Shown here piece after piece: positions 11,801 through 19,726 of a stretch of DNA of 32,000 nucleotides. Both the position numbers and the translations under genes were made by a program. The notes under the pieces were generated by a model, which was not told where the DNA came from, did no database searches, and saw nothing but the letters and a program-made list of their open reading frames with translations. Every line of letters starts with the position of its first letter. Positions within the stretch are counted from its first letter, which is position 1. The stretch is from Horticoccus luteus (GTDB lineage Bacteria > Verrucomicrobiota > Verrucomicrobiia > Opitutales > Opitutaceae): the NCBI RefSeq assembly GCF_019464535.1, contig NZ_CP080507.1:1500001-1532000 (forward strand), in the 5' to 3' direction.

Positions 11801-14717
11801 CGATGCGGCCGCCGGCGGCACCGGCGTCGGGGCCGATTTCGAGGACCCAGTCGGCGGACTTGAGGACGTCGAGATTGTGCTCGATCACGATCACGCTGTG
11901 GCCGCGGTCGACGAGCGCCTGGAGAACGAAGAGGAGGCGTTTGACGTCGTGGCGGTGGAGGCCGGTCGTGGGCTCATCGAGCAGGAGGAGCGCGCCAGAG
12001 GACGGCGGCGCGGAGAGCGGCGAACCCTTCGCGTCGCCGGTGAAGGTGCCGAGGTAGCGGACGAGTTTCAGTCGTTGGGATTCGCCGCCACTGAGGGTGT
12101 TGAGGGGTTGACCGAGCGTGAGGTAGCCGAGACCGACGGAGTCGAGGGAGGCGAGGCGGCGGAGGATTTCGGGGTGCGCGGCGAAGAGCGGGAGCGCATC
12201 GGTGACGCTCGTGGCGAGCAGGTCGGCGACGGAACGGTCGTGCCACTGGATCGCAAGGACTTCGGGTTTGAAGCGGCGGCCCTCGCAGATGGGACACGGG
12301 ACGAAAACGTCGGAGAGAAACTGCATCTCGACGCGTTCGTAGCCAAGGCCCTGGCAGTGATCGCAACGGCCTTCGCCGCTGTTGAACGAAAATGAGGACG
12401 CGTTGAAACCGGCTTGCTGTGCGGCAGGCGTGGCGGCGTAGAGGTCGCGGATGAGTTCCCATGCATCGGTGTAGAGCGCGGGGTTCGAGCGCGGCGTGCG
12501 CGAGAGGGGGGATTGATCGACGAGGACGATTTCGGAAAACGGCGCGTCGGCCGGCGCGGGCAGGATGGATTCGATCGCGGCGGGGTCTTCGGTGAGCTGG
12601 AGACGTTGCGCGAGGAGGCCTTGGTAAATGACGTTGTCGAGGAGCGTGGACTTGCCGGAGCCGGAGACGCCGCTGAGGCAGACGAAGCGTTGCAGTGGCA
12701 GGCGAAAGGAGAGTGCGGCGAGGTTGTGCTTGGTGGCGTTTTTGAAATGGAGAAACGGAGGCGCGCCAGCGGCGCGTGCGTTCACCGAAACGGGTCGGCG
12801 CTGCGCGGGCGCCTCGATCGACTCGCGCCCGGAGAAATACGCGCCGGTGATGCTTTGCGGGGCGCGCAGCATGGCGGCCACGGGGCCTTGGAAAACGATG
12901 TGGCCTCCGCGGCTGCCGGGTTCGGGGCCGACCTCGATGACGTGATCGGCGGCGCGAATCATCGCCTCGTCGTGCTCGACGACGACGACAGTGTTGCCCG
13001 CATCGGTGAGCGTGCGGATGATGCCGATGAGGCGGTCGATGTCGCGCGGATGCAGGCCGACGCTGGGCTCGTCGAGGACAAAGAGCGTGTCGACAAGAGA
13101 CGTGCCGAGACAGCTCGTGAGGTTGACGCGTTGGACTTCGCCGCCGGACAGCGTTTTCGAGGTGCGGTCGAGCGTGAGGTAGCCGAGGCCGACCTGTGCG
13201 AGATAACGCAGGCGCGTGACGATCGAATCGTAAGCGAGGGACGCGGAGTGCGCGTCGGACGGAGTTTCGTTTAACGGGCGGAAAGCCACGAGTCGGGCGA
13301 GCAGTTCGGAAACGGGGAGTTGATAAAGTTCGGGAAGCGTTTGCTGCTGCCATTTCCAGCAGAGCGCGTCGGGTTGGAGACGTTGTCCGCCGCACGCAGG
13401 GCAGGGGTTATAGGCGCGATAACGAGCGAGGAAGACGCGCACGTGCATCTTGTAGGTGTTCTTCTCGAGCCAGCGGAAGAAACCCTTCACGCCATACCAA
13501 TATTGCGGCCACGTCTTGCCGTTTTCTTCGCCGTAGCCGGGCTCGCCGTTGACGATGAAATCGCGCTGCTCGGGCGTGAGGGACGCGAAGGGAACGTTGG
13601 TCGGGATCTTGAGGCGACGGGTGAATTTCAGCAGGTCCTTTTTGGACTCGCCGTAGATTTCGCTCTCCCAGCATTTGATCGCGCCGTCGTCGATCGAGAG
13701 CGACTGATCGGGCAGTGCGAGGCGGTAGTCGATCTCGATGATGCGACCGAAGCCGCGACATTGAGGACAGGCACCGAGTGGAGAGTTGAAGGAGAAAAGG
13801 GGCGGCGTGGCGGCGCGAAACGTGCGGCCGGTGCGGGGCGAATGCAGACCGCGCGAATAGTGGCCGATCTGCTCAAGGGGAACGGTGCTGGCGGTGGCGG
13901 CAGGCGTGGCGAAGAGGTAGACTTCGCCTTGCCCGAAATGCAGCGCGGTTTCCGTGGCTTCGAGGAAACGCGACCGCTGATCGGAGCTGAGCGTGACGCG
14001 ATCCTGGGCGACAAAGATGCGCTCCCGCGGAGCGAGGATGGAGTCGTTGGCCAGAAGGTCGTCAACGCGATGCAGGGCGCAGCGAAGGCCGGCGGAATCG
14101 TCGGTGGTCGATTCGGGCACGAGGACGCGAATGTAGGACTGGCCTTTGAGATTCTGCAGGATCTCCGGCCAGGTGAGGTTCGCGGGTTTGACGATTTTGA
14201 ATGCGACGACAGTGGCGCGGTCAGGGTGCGCGGACGCGGCTTTGGTCCAGATGGTGGCGGGCGTATCGTCTTCGACTTTCTCGCCGGTGGCGGGATCGAA
14301 GCACTCGGCGACGTGGCTGAACCAGACTTTGAAGAAGTCGGTGAGCTCCGTCATCGTGCCGACGGTGGAGCGGGAGGTTTTGACGGTGTTGGTCTGCTCG
14401 ATGGCGATCGACGGGCGGATGTTTTCGATTGAGTCGACCTTGGGTTTGTCGAGGAGGTCGAGGAACTGGCGCGTGTAAGCGCTGAACGTCTCGACGTAGC
14501 GACGCTGGCCCTCGGCGTGCAGCGTGTCGAAAACGAGCGACGATTTCCCCGCGCCACTCAGGCCGGTGACGACGACGTATTGCCCGAGGGGCAGATCGAG
14601 ATCGAAGCCTTTGAGATTGTTTTGGCGCACGCCGCGCAACCGAATGGAGGAGGACGCGGCGAAAGATGCAGCGAGTGACACGGCGACCACCGATGAGCAC
14701 CCGATGCGAGAATGCAA
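8880..14717 (-). CDS. Tandem-duplicated (double-length) UvrA-family ABC ATPase, 4 nucleotide-binding modules
   Basis: 1945 aa. Four Walker A loops: GLSGAGKS (14541-14564), GVSGSGKS (12648-12671), GVSGSGKS (11529-11552), GPSGAGKS (9846-9869). There are four LSGGE signatures followed by Walker B (LDEPS/LDEPT/LEEPT), two FSFNSP..CPxCxGxG motifs and two GRCDxCQGxG...PCxxCxGxR Zn-fingers. The start is ambiguous: TTG 14717, GTG 14690 or GTG 14681, all before IRLRGVRQNNLKG. Confidence 0.9.
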   Translation of the reverse strand: MHSRIGCSSVVAVSLAASFAASSSIRLRGVRQNNLKGFDLDLPLGQYVVVTGLSGAGKSSLVFDTLHAEGQRRYVETFSAYTRQFLDLLDKPKVDSIENIRPSIAIEQTNTVKTSRSTVGTMTELTDFFKVWFSHVAECFDPATGEKVEDDTPATIWTKAASAHPDRATVVAFKIVKPANLTWPEILQNLKGQSYIRVLVPESTTDDSAGLRCALHRVDDLLANDSILAPRERIFVAQDRVTLSSDQRSRFLEATETALHFGQGEVYLFATPAATASTVPLEQIGHYSRGLHSPRTGRTFRAATPPLFSFNSPLGACPQCRGFGRIIEIDYRLALPDQSLSIDDGAIKCWESEIYGESKKDLLKFTRRLKIPTNVPFASLTPEQRDFIVNGEPGYGEENGKTWPQYWYGVKGFFRWLEKNTYKMHVRVFLARYRAYNPCPACGGQRLQPDALCWKWQQQTLPELYQLPVSELLARLVAFRPLNETPSDAHSASLAYDSIVTRLRYLAQVGLGYLTLDRTSKTLSGGEVQRVNLTSCLGTSLVDTLFVLDEPSVGLHPRDIDRLIGIIRTLTDAGNTVVVVEHDEAMIRAADHVIEVGPEPGSRGGHIVFQGPVAAMLRAPQSITGAYFSGRESIEAPAQRRPVSVNARAAGAPPFLHFKNATKHNLAALSFRLPLQRFVCLSGVSGSGKSTLLDNVIYQGLLAQRLQLTEDPAAIESILPAPADAPFSEIVLVDQSPLSRTPRSNPALYTDAWELIRDLYAATPAAQQAGFNASSFSFNSGEGRCDHCQGLGYERVEMQFLSDVFVPCPICEGRRFKPEVLAIQWHDRSVADLLATSVTDALPLFAAHPEILRRLASLDSVGLGYLTLGQPLNTLSGGESQRLKLVRYLGTFTGDAKGSPLSAPPSSGALLLLDEPTTGLHRHDVKRLLFVLQALVDRGHSVIVIEHNLDVLKSADWVLEIGPDAGAAGGRIVAEGTPEQVAAADTATSPFLRAALRDGSLSGDNSTALAAAEEAAPYRPTPAHRPAELVITGARENNLKNLSLTIPHHQLNVVTGVSGSGKSTLAFDIVFAEGQRRFMESMSPYARQFVEQLPRPAIDRLTGIPPTVAIEQRVTRGSRKSTVATITEVAQYLRLLYARLGIQHHPDTDKAVQPLSLGQLKNLLARVLATPKARRAKHLYLCAPLIRGRKGHHQPIATWIGKQGYPLMRADGQLVPVDAFQKLDRYKEHDIEVVVADLKESAAAAPPSRTSAPRATPARSISSALDTALRLGKGACFLLTPDGAVLSWFSTTRTDIETGESFSELDPKDFSFNSPRGWCPTCRGHGRVFPWMLEPDEDDENDPAARLREFGIDSSDDVSDAGTPCPDCRGARLNRVSRAVKLHFRAPARSRTTAPKSAAALSLPQLLASTSSELLAHLHQLDLDSRGRLIVQDIVPQIEERLKFLDHVGLGYLSLDRPTETLSGGEAQRIRLAAQLGSNLSGVLYVLDEPSIGLHARDNDRLIDTLISLREKGNTLLVVEHDDELMARADRIIDLGPAAGIHGGELLANGTPAEIQRSEKSLTGLFLQRGITHPLRGSYRPLPASPKEWLTLKGAALRNLRGFTLRLPHGRLIMAAGPSGAGKSTLFRDLLHPAVAHAIAENTPRLSGRGFVRATHFNAEEKRLPFAQLSGANGFKGVIEVDQSPIGKTPRSTPATYLGIFDIIRQFFASLPESKMRGYTASRFSFNTAGGRCDTCQGAGRIKLEMAFMPDTYLPCENCHGSRYSPDLAEIAWKGKNIGQVLQLTFDEAATFFDFHSQLSQVCQLMVDCGLGYLTLGQSSPSLSGGEAQRLKLVTELARGLPSYKERSRGTAVRNLYLLEEPTIGLHLSDCEKLIRVLHSLVDQGHTVVVIEHHLDLLAEADYVVELGPGGGPAGGELIYQGELAGLLKVKSSPTAPYLRAKLRK

Positions 14718-14864
14718 ACAGCGGCGCGGGGAGAGCAGAGCGGGGCGGTAAAATTAGGGCGAGCGTGAGGGCCGGCGGAGAAAATTAATTTCAACTAATT
14801 GTGCGGTCGACGCCTTGCGTTTGTGATTAGGACGCTAATTATCAGGCTCCTGATTTCACTGAAG
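14718..14864. promoter_or_regulatory. Divergent control region between the double-UvrA gene and the marR-efflux operon; candidate MarR operator
   Basis: This is the most AT-rich stretch of the window. It contains AAAATTA twice (14750-14756, 14781-14787), the palindrome AATTAATT (14783-14790), CTAATT twice (14795-14800, 14835-14840) and the inverted repeat ATCAGG-CT-CCTGAT (14841-14854) 10 nt upstream of the marR ATG. Short palindromes of this size are expected several times by chance in 32 kb, so only the position supports this call. Confidence 0.3.
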
Positions 14865-15458
14865 ATGCCATTGGTCATGCTGAAGAACGTGCCGCGCTAC
14901 GAGTGCCTCTTGGAGGCAGCGAAGCAGTTTCCCGACTTGGAACCGTCGGCCTGCGAGGCGTTTTTGCATCTGGTGCGCGCGGGCGACGAGGCGCTTTCGG
15001 TGGCGGAAAAGCATCTGGCGCAGCATAGTGTGACGCAGGGGCGGTTTGGGGTGCTGATGATCTTACTGAACAGCCGCGACGACCAGTGCGTGCGCCGGCC
15101 GTTGAGTCCGGCGGAGTTGGCGGAACGCACGGGCGTGACGCGGGCGACGATCACCGGTTTGGTCGATACGTTGGAACGCGACGGCTTGGTGAAGCGGGAT
15201 CCAGACGCGACCGATCGCCGCATGATGGCGGTGAGTCTGACGGCAAAAGGCGAAGAGGTGTTGCATCAGATCCTCCCGGGATATTTTCAGCAGATGTCGG
15301 CGCTGATGCAGCCCTTGACCGTGGCCGAACGGCGTCTGCTCGTGCAGTTGCTGACCCGGCTGGTGCGCCCGCTTCCTCCGGTGACGGAGGACGAATCGAG
15401 CGACGCGGAGCTGACTTCCGAAACCGCGCCGGGACATAATGTTTCGGCTCGCGCGTGA
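14865..15458 (+). CDS. MarR-family transcriptional regulator
   Basis: The track ORF starts at TTG 14799; the first ATG is 14865 (MPLVMLKNV...). It has a winged-helix core typical of MarR: FGVLMILL...LSPAELAERTGVTRATITGLVDTLERDGLVKRDPDATDRRMMAVSLTAKGEE. The C-terminal tail is acidic. It sits directly upstream of the efflux genes. Confidence 0.85.
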   Translation: MPLVMLKNVPRYECLLEAAKQFPDLEPSACEAFLHLVRAGDEALSVAEKHLAQHSVTQGRFGVLMILLNSRDDQCVRRPLSPAELAERTGVTRATITGLVDTLERDGLVKRDPDATDRRMMAVSLTAKGEEVLHQILPGYFQQMSALMQPLTVAERRLLVQLLTRLVRPLPPVTEDESSDAELTSETAPGHNVSARA

Positions 15459-15478
15459 TTGAAACGCGGCCTTTTTTT
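15446..15478 (+). terminator. Candidate partial terminator/attenuator between marR and the efflux genes
   Basis: GGC(T)CGCG (15446-15453, one bulged T) pairs with CGCGGCC (15465-15471), 11-nt loop containing the marR stop TGA (15456-15458). It is followed by T7 (15472-15478), 20 nt before the adaptor gene ATG (15499). The loop is long and the stem imperfect. Confidence 0.35.
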
Positions 15479-15498
15479 CTCCATTTCCCTCTACCTAT

Positions 15499-16653
15499 AT
15501 GGCTAAACGAATGATCTTAATGCTCGTCCTGACGCTCGCGGTTCTCGGCGGCGTTTTCGGATGGTGGATTTATAAAGGCATGAAGATGGGCAAGGCAATG
15601 GCCGCCCAGAAACCGGCCCCGACGGCAGTCTCCGCGGCCGTGGCAAAGGCAGATACGTGGGAGCCCACGTTGCACGCCGTCGGTTCGCTGGCGGCGGTGC
15701 AAGGCGTGACCCTGTCCGCGGAAGTCGCCGGCAAGGTCGTGCGCATCAACTTCGAGTCGGGCCAGAAGGTGAAGAAGGGCGATGCGTTGGTGGAGCTGAG
15801 CGTGTCGACTGAAAAGGCGCAACTTGCGGCCGCCGAAGCGGCGATGGCGCTGGCGGAGTCGAACTTCAAGCGGACCAACGGCCTGTTTGAAAAGAAGACG
15901 CTTTCACAGTCCGAACTCGATGCGGCCGACGCGCAGTTGAAGCAGGCGCAGGCGCAAGCCGCGGGGTTGAAGGCGATGATCGCGAAGAAGACCATTCGCG
16001 CGCCGTTCGACGGTGATCTCGGGATCCGGCTCATCAATCTGGGTGAAGTGCTCAAGGAAGGCCAGGCGGTGGTGGACCTCCAAGCGCTCGATCCGATCTA
16101 CGTCAATTTCACGCTGCCGCAGCAGGACGTGAAGTCGATCAAGAGTCAGCAACCCATCAATCTCACCGTCGACGCTTATCCGGGCGAGACGTTCAAGGGT
16201 AAGGTCAACGCGCTGGATTCACGGCTCGATCCCACGACGCGCAGCTTGCAAGTGCAGGCGACGCTGGAGAACAAGGACGGTCGCCTGCGGCCCGGCATGT
16301 TCGGGAGCGTGGATGTGCTTTTGCCCGCCCAAAAACGCGATGTCGTCGTCGTGCCGCAGACCGCGATCATCTACAACCCCTATGGCAACGCCGTTTACAT
16401 CATCGAGCCGGCCAAGGACAAAGAAGGGCACGAAGTGAAGGACGAGAAAGGCCAGCCGGCGTTGTCCGTGCGGCAGCAGTTCGTGAAGCTCGGCGATACC
16501 CGCGGAGACGTGGTGGCGATCGAAGACGGGGTGAAGCCCGGCGAGCGCGTGGTGACCGCCGGCCAGTTGAAGCTGCGCAACGGCGTTGAGGTGACCATTA
16601 ATAATTCCATCGCGCCGGCCACCAATACTGCGCCGACCCCGCCGAACACCTGA
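15499..16653 (+). CDS. RND efflux periplasmic adaptor subunit (HlyD/MFP family)
   Basis: 384 aa. N-terminal TM anchor (MILMLVLTLAVLGGVFGWWIY), lipoyl-like motif (LSAEVAGKVVRINFESGQKVKKGDALVEL), coiled-coil hairpin (AQLAAAEAA...AQLKQAQAQAAGLKAMIAKKTIRAPFDG) and beta-barrel/MP domains. It ends 10 nt before the RND gene. Confidence 0.9.
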   Translation: MAKRMILMLVLTLAVLGGVFGWWIYKGMKMGKAMAAQKPAPTAVSAAVAKADTWEPTLHAVGSLAAVQGVTLSAEVAGKVVRINFESGQKVKKGDALVELSVSTEKAQLAAAEAAMALAESNFKRTNGLFEKKTLSQSELDAADAQLKQAQAQAAGLKAMIAKKTIRAPFDGDLGIRLINLGEVLKEGQAVVDLQALDPIYVNFTLPQQDVKSIKSQQPINLTVDAYPGETFKGKVNALDSRLDPTTRSLQVQATLENKDGRLRPGMFGSVDVLLPAQKRDVVVVPQTAIIYNPYGNAVYIIEPAKDKEGHEVKDEKGQPALSVRQQFVKLGDTRGDVVAIEDGVKPGERVVTAGQLKLRNGVEVTINNSIAPATNTAPTPPNT

Positions 16654-16663
16654 GCCCGCGCCC

Positions 16664-19600
16664 ATGAAGTTTACGGACTTATTCATCCGGCGACCTGTCC
16701 TCGCGACGGTCGTCAGCCTGCTCATTCTGCTGGTCGGCTTGCAGTCGATGTTGTCGCTCAACGTGCGGCAATACCCGGTGAGCAACAGCGCCGTCGTCAC
16801 GGTGACGACGGTTTACACGGGCGCGAGCGCGGATCTGATCCGCGGCTTCATCACGACGCCGCTGGAGAAGGAAATCGCGAGCGCCGACGGCATCGACTAC
16901 ATGGAGTCGACCAGTTCGCCCAATGCCAGCACGATCACCGTGCACTTGCGGTTGAATTACGACCCCAACGCCGCACTCACCCAAATCACCTCCAAGGTGA
17001 ACCGCGTGCGCAATCAACTGCCCGCCGGATCCGAAGATCCGACGATCGATGTGCAGGTGGGCGAGACGACGGCCTCGATGTATTTAAGCTTCTCGAGCGA
17101 TACGCTCGAATCCAACCAGATCACGGATTACCTCACGCGCGTGGTGCAGCCGAAACTGGTGTCGGTGCCCGGCGTGCAGAGCGCGCAGGTGCTGGGTGGC
17201 CGCGTATTCGCGATGCGCATCTGGCTCAAGCCCGACCGCATGGCGGCCCTCGGCGTCAGCCCTTCGCAGGTTAACCAAGCGTTGCGCGCGAACAATGCGC
17301 TCGCCGCCGTCGGGGCCACAAAAGGCAGTGTGATCAGCGTGAACCTCAACGCCGCGACGAATCTCCATACCGCGGACGAGTTCAAGCAGCTCGTCGTCGG
17401 CGAGCACAACGGCACGATCATCCGCATCAGCGATGTGGCTGACGTGGTGCTCGGTGCGGAGAGTTACGAGAGCACGGTGAGTTTCAACGGCAAGACGGCG
17501 ACGTTCATCGGCATCAATGTGCTGCCGACGGCCAACGCCCTCACCGTCATCAAGGATGTGCGGAAGGTGCTGCCCGAAATGCAGCAGGAACTGCCGACCG
17601 GCATGAGCCTGACGATTCCTTACGACGCGACCGCCTATATCAACGACTCGATCAACGAGGTCATCCATACGCTCGTCGAAGCCCTGGTGATCGTCGTGAT
17701 TGTGATCTTCTTGTTTCTCGGCTCGGTGCGCTCCGTCGTGATTCCGATCGTGGCCATGCCGCTGTCGCTCGTCGGCGCTTTTTTCCTGATGCTGGTGCTC
17801 GGTTTCACGATCAACCTGCTGACGCTGCTGGCGATGGTGCTCGCGATCGGCCTGGTGGTCGACGACGCGATCGTGGTCGTGGAAAACATCCACCGGCACA
17901 TCGAAGAAGGCCTGTCGCCTTTTGCGGCGGCGTTGAAGGGCGCGCAGGAGCTCGCGGGACCGGTCATCGCAATGACGATCACGCTCGCGGCGGTGTATGC
18001 TCCGATCGGCTTCATGGGCGGCCTGACGGGCAGCTTGTTCAAGGAGTTCGCGTTCACGCTCGCCGGCGCCGTCATCGTGTCCGGTGTCGTGGCGCTCACA
18101 TTGACGCCGATGATGTGCTCGAAAATCCTGAAGCACGATCCGTCCAAACGCGGCTTCGCGCATTTCCTCGACACCACGTTCGACAAATTGCGGTTGCGCT
18201 ACGAACGCATGCTCCATGGAGCGTTGGACTACCGTCCGGTGACGGTGGTTTTCGCGATCATCGTGCTGCTGGCGTGCATTCCATTCCTGAAGTTCTCGAA
18301 GAGCGAACTCGCGCCGGATGAGGACCAAGGGATCGTCATCGCAGTCAGCAACGCCGCGCCCAACGCGAACATCGACCAGACGACTGCTTACGCGCAGCAG
18401 ATCATCGCGGACTACAAAACGATTCCGGAGAAGGACAACATCTTCCAGATCGTGGGACTCGGGTCCTCGAACAGCGCGCTGACGGGTCTCGTCTTGAAAC
18501 CGTGGAGCGAGCGCAAACGCACCACGATGGATCTGCTGCCCGTGGTGACGAACAAGCTCAACAGCATCGCCGGTCTGCAGAGTTTCGCTTTCTTGCGGCC
18601 GCCGCTGCCGGGCGGCGGTTCCGGTGCGCCGGTGCAGTTTGTCATCAAGTCCACCGACGATCCGCAGAACGTCGCGGAAGTGGCGCGTAACCTCGTCGGC
18701 GAAGCGATGAAGAGCGGCATGTTTTATTATTCGGACTCGGATCTGAAATTCGATCAGCCGCAGATGAACCTCGAAATCGACCGCGACAAGGCGGCCGATC
18801 TCGGTGTGAACATGGCGCAACTCGCCGGCGACGTGGGCTCGATGCTCGGCGGCGGCTATGTCAACCGCTTCGACATTCAGGGCAACAGCTACCGCGTGAT
18901 TCCGCAGGTGGAGCGCAGCCAGCGGCTGAATCCGGAGCAGATCCTCGACTATCAAGTCGGCACCGGCAGCGGTGCGCTGGTGCCGTTGCGGACGTTTGCC
19001 ACCCTGCAATCGACGGTGCAGCCGCAGACCTTGAAGCGGTTCCAGCAGTTGAACTCGGCGACAATTTCCGCCGTGCCGCGCTTTGGCGTCTCACTCGGCC
19101 AGGCGCTCGATTGGTTCAAGGCGGAGGCGGGCAAGACGATGCCGGCCGGCTACCAGATCGACTACGCCGGTCAGTCGCGCCAATATATCCAGGAGGGAAG
19201 CGCGCTTCTCGTGACGTTTCTTTTTGCCGTGGTCATCATCTTTCTGGTGCTGGCGGCGCAATTTGAAAGCTTCCGGGATCCGTTTGTGATCATGCTCACC
19301 GTGCCGCTCGCAGTCAGCGGCGCACTGGTGTTCATCTTCCTCGGGTTCGCGTCGCTCAACATCTATACGGAGGTCGGTCTGATCACGCTGGTGGGTTTGA
19401 TCACCAAGCACGGTATTTTGATCGTGCAGTTCGCCAACCAGCTGCAGGAGGAAGGCGTCGCCAAACGTGAGGCGATCGAGCGCGCCTGCGGCGTGCGTCT
19501 GCGCCCGATCTTGATGACCACTGCCGCGATGGTGCTCGGCGTATTGCCGCTGGTGCTGGCGTCCGGCGCCGGCGCGGCGAGCCGTTATAACATGGGCTTG

Positions 19601-19726
19601 GTCATCGCGACCGGGATGACGATCGGCACGCTGTTCACGCTCCTGGTTGTGCCGACGGCTTACCTGCTGATCGCGCCCAATCTGGCCCAAACCAAGCATG
19701 CGGCTCCGGTCGCGCCGCACGCATGA
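16664..19726 (+). CDS. RND efflux transporter permease subunit (AcrB/HAE1-like)
   Basis: 1020 aa. MKFTDLFIRRPVLATVVSLLILLVGL... is a typical N-terminus. It has a 12-TM layout with two large periplasmic loops and conserved TM4 VVDDAIVVVENI. The stop overlaps the next gene's ATG (ATGA at 19723-19726). Confidence 0.95.
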   Translation: MKFTDLFIRRPVLATVVSLLILLVGLQSMLSLNVRQYPVSNSAVVTVTTVYTGASADLIRGFITTPLEKEIASADGIDYMESTSSPNASTITVHLRLNYDPNAALTQITSKVNRVRNQLPAGSEDPTIDVQVGETTASMYLSFSSDTLESNQITDYLTRVVQPKLVSVPGVQSAQVLGGRVFAMRIWLKPDRMAALGVSPSQVNQALRANNALAAVGATKGSVISVNLNAATNLHTADEFKQLVVGEHNGTIIRISDVADVVLGAESYESTVSFNGKTATFIGINVLPTANALTVIKDVRKVLPEMQQELPTGMSLTIPYDATAYINDSINEVIHTLVEALVIVVIVIFLFLGSVRSVVIPIVAMPLSLVGAFFLMLVLGFTINLLTLLAMVLAIGLVVDDAIVVVENIHRHIEEGLSPFAAALKGAQELAGPVIAMTITLAAVYAPIGFMGGLTGSLFKEFAFTLAGAVIVSGVVALTLTPMMCSKILKHDPSKRGFAHFLDTTFDKLRLRYERMLHGALDYRPVTVVFAIIVLLACIPFLKFSKSELAPDEDQGIVIAVSNAAPNANIDQTTAYAQQIIADYKTIPEKDNIFQIVGLGSSNSALTGLVLKPWSERKRTTMDLLPVVTNKLNSIAGLQSFAFLRPPLPGGGSGAPVQFVIKSTDDPQNVAEVARNLVGEAMKSGMFYYSDSDLKFDQPQMNLEIDRDKAADLGVNMAQLAGDVGSMLGGGYVNRFDIQGNSYRVIPQVERSQRLNPEQILDYQVGTGSGALVPLRTFATLQSTVQPQTLKRFQQLNSATISAVPRFGVSLGQALDWFKAEAGKTMPAGYQIDYAGQSRQYIQEGSALLVTFLFAVVIIFLVLAAQFESFRDPFVIMLTVPLAVSGALVFIFLGFASLNIYTEVGLITLVGLITKHGILIVQFANQLQEEGVAKREAIERACGVRLRPILMTTAAMVLGVLPLVLASGAGAASRYNMGLVIATGMTIGTLFTLLVVPTAYLLIAPNLAQTKHAAPVAPHA

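Noticed and set aside
8695-13395. Several 170-570 aa ORFs in other frames on both strands inside the double-UvrA gene (e.g. 8695-9954, 9999-11714, 11974-13395, 12414-13274)
   Set aside because: All are low-complexity shadows. The 8880-14717 frame carries continuous UvrA motifs across the whole span.
17084-19009. 641-aa - strand ORF
   Set aside because: It is antisense to the RND permease and is an Arg/His/Asp/Gln-rich shadow.
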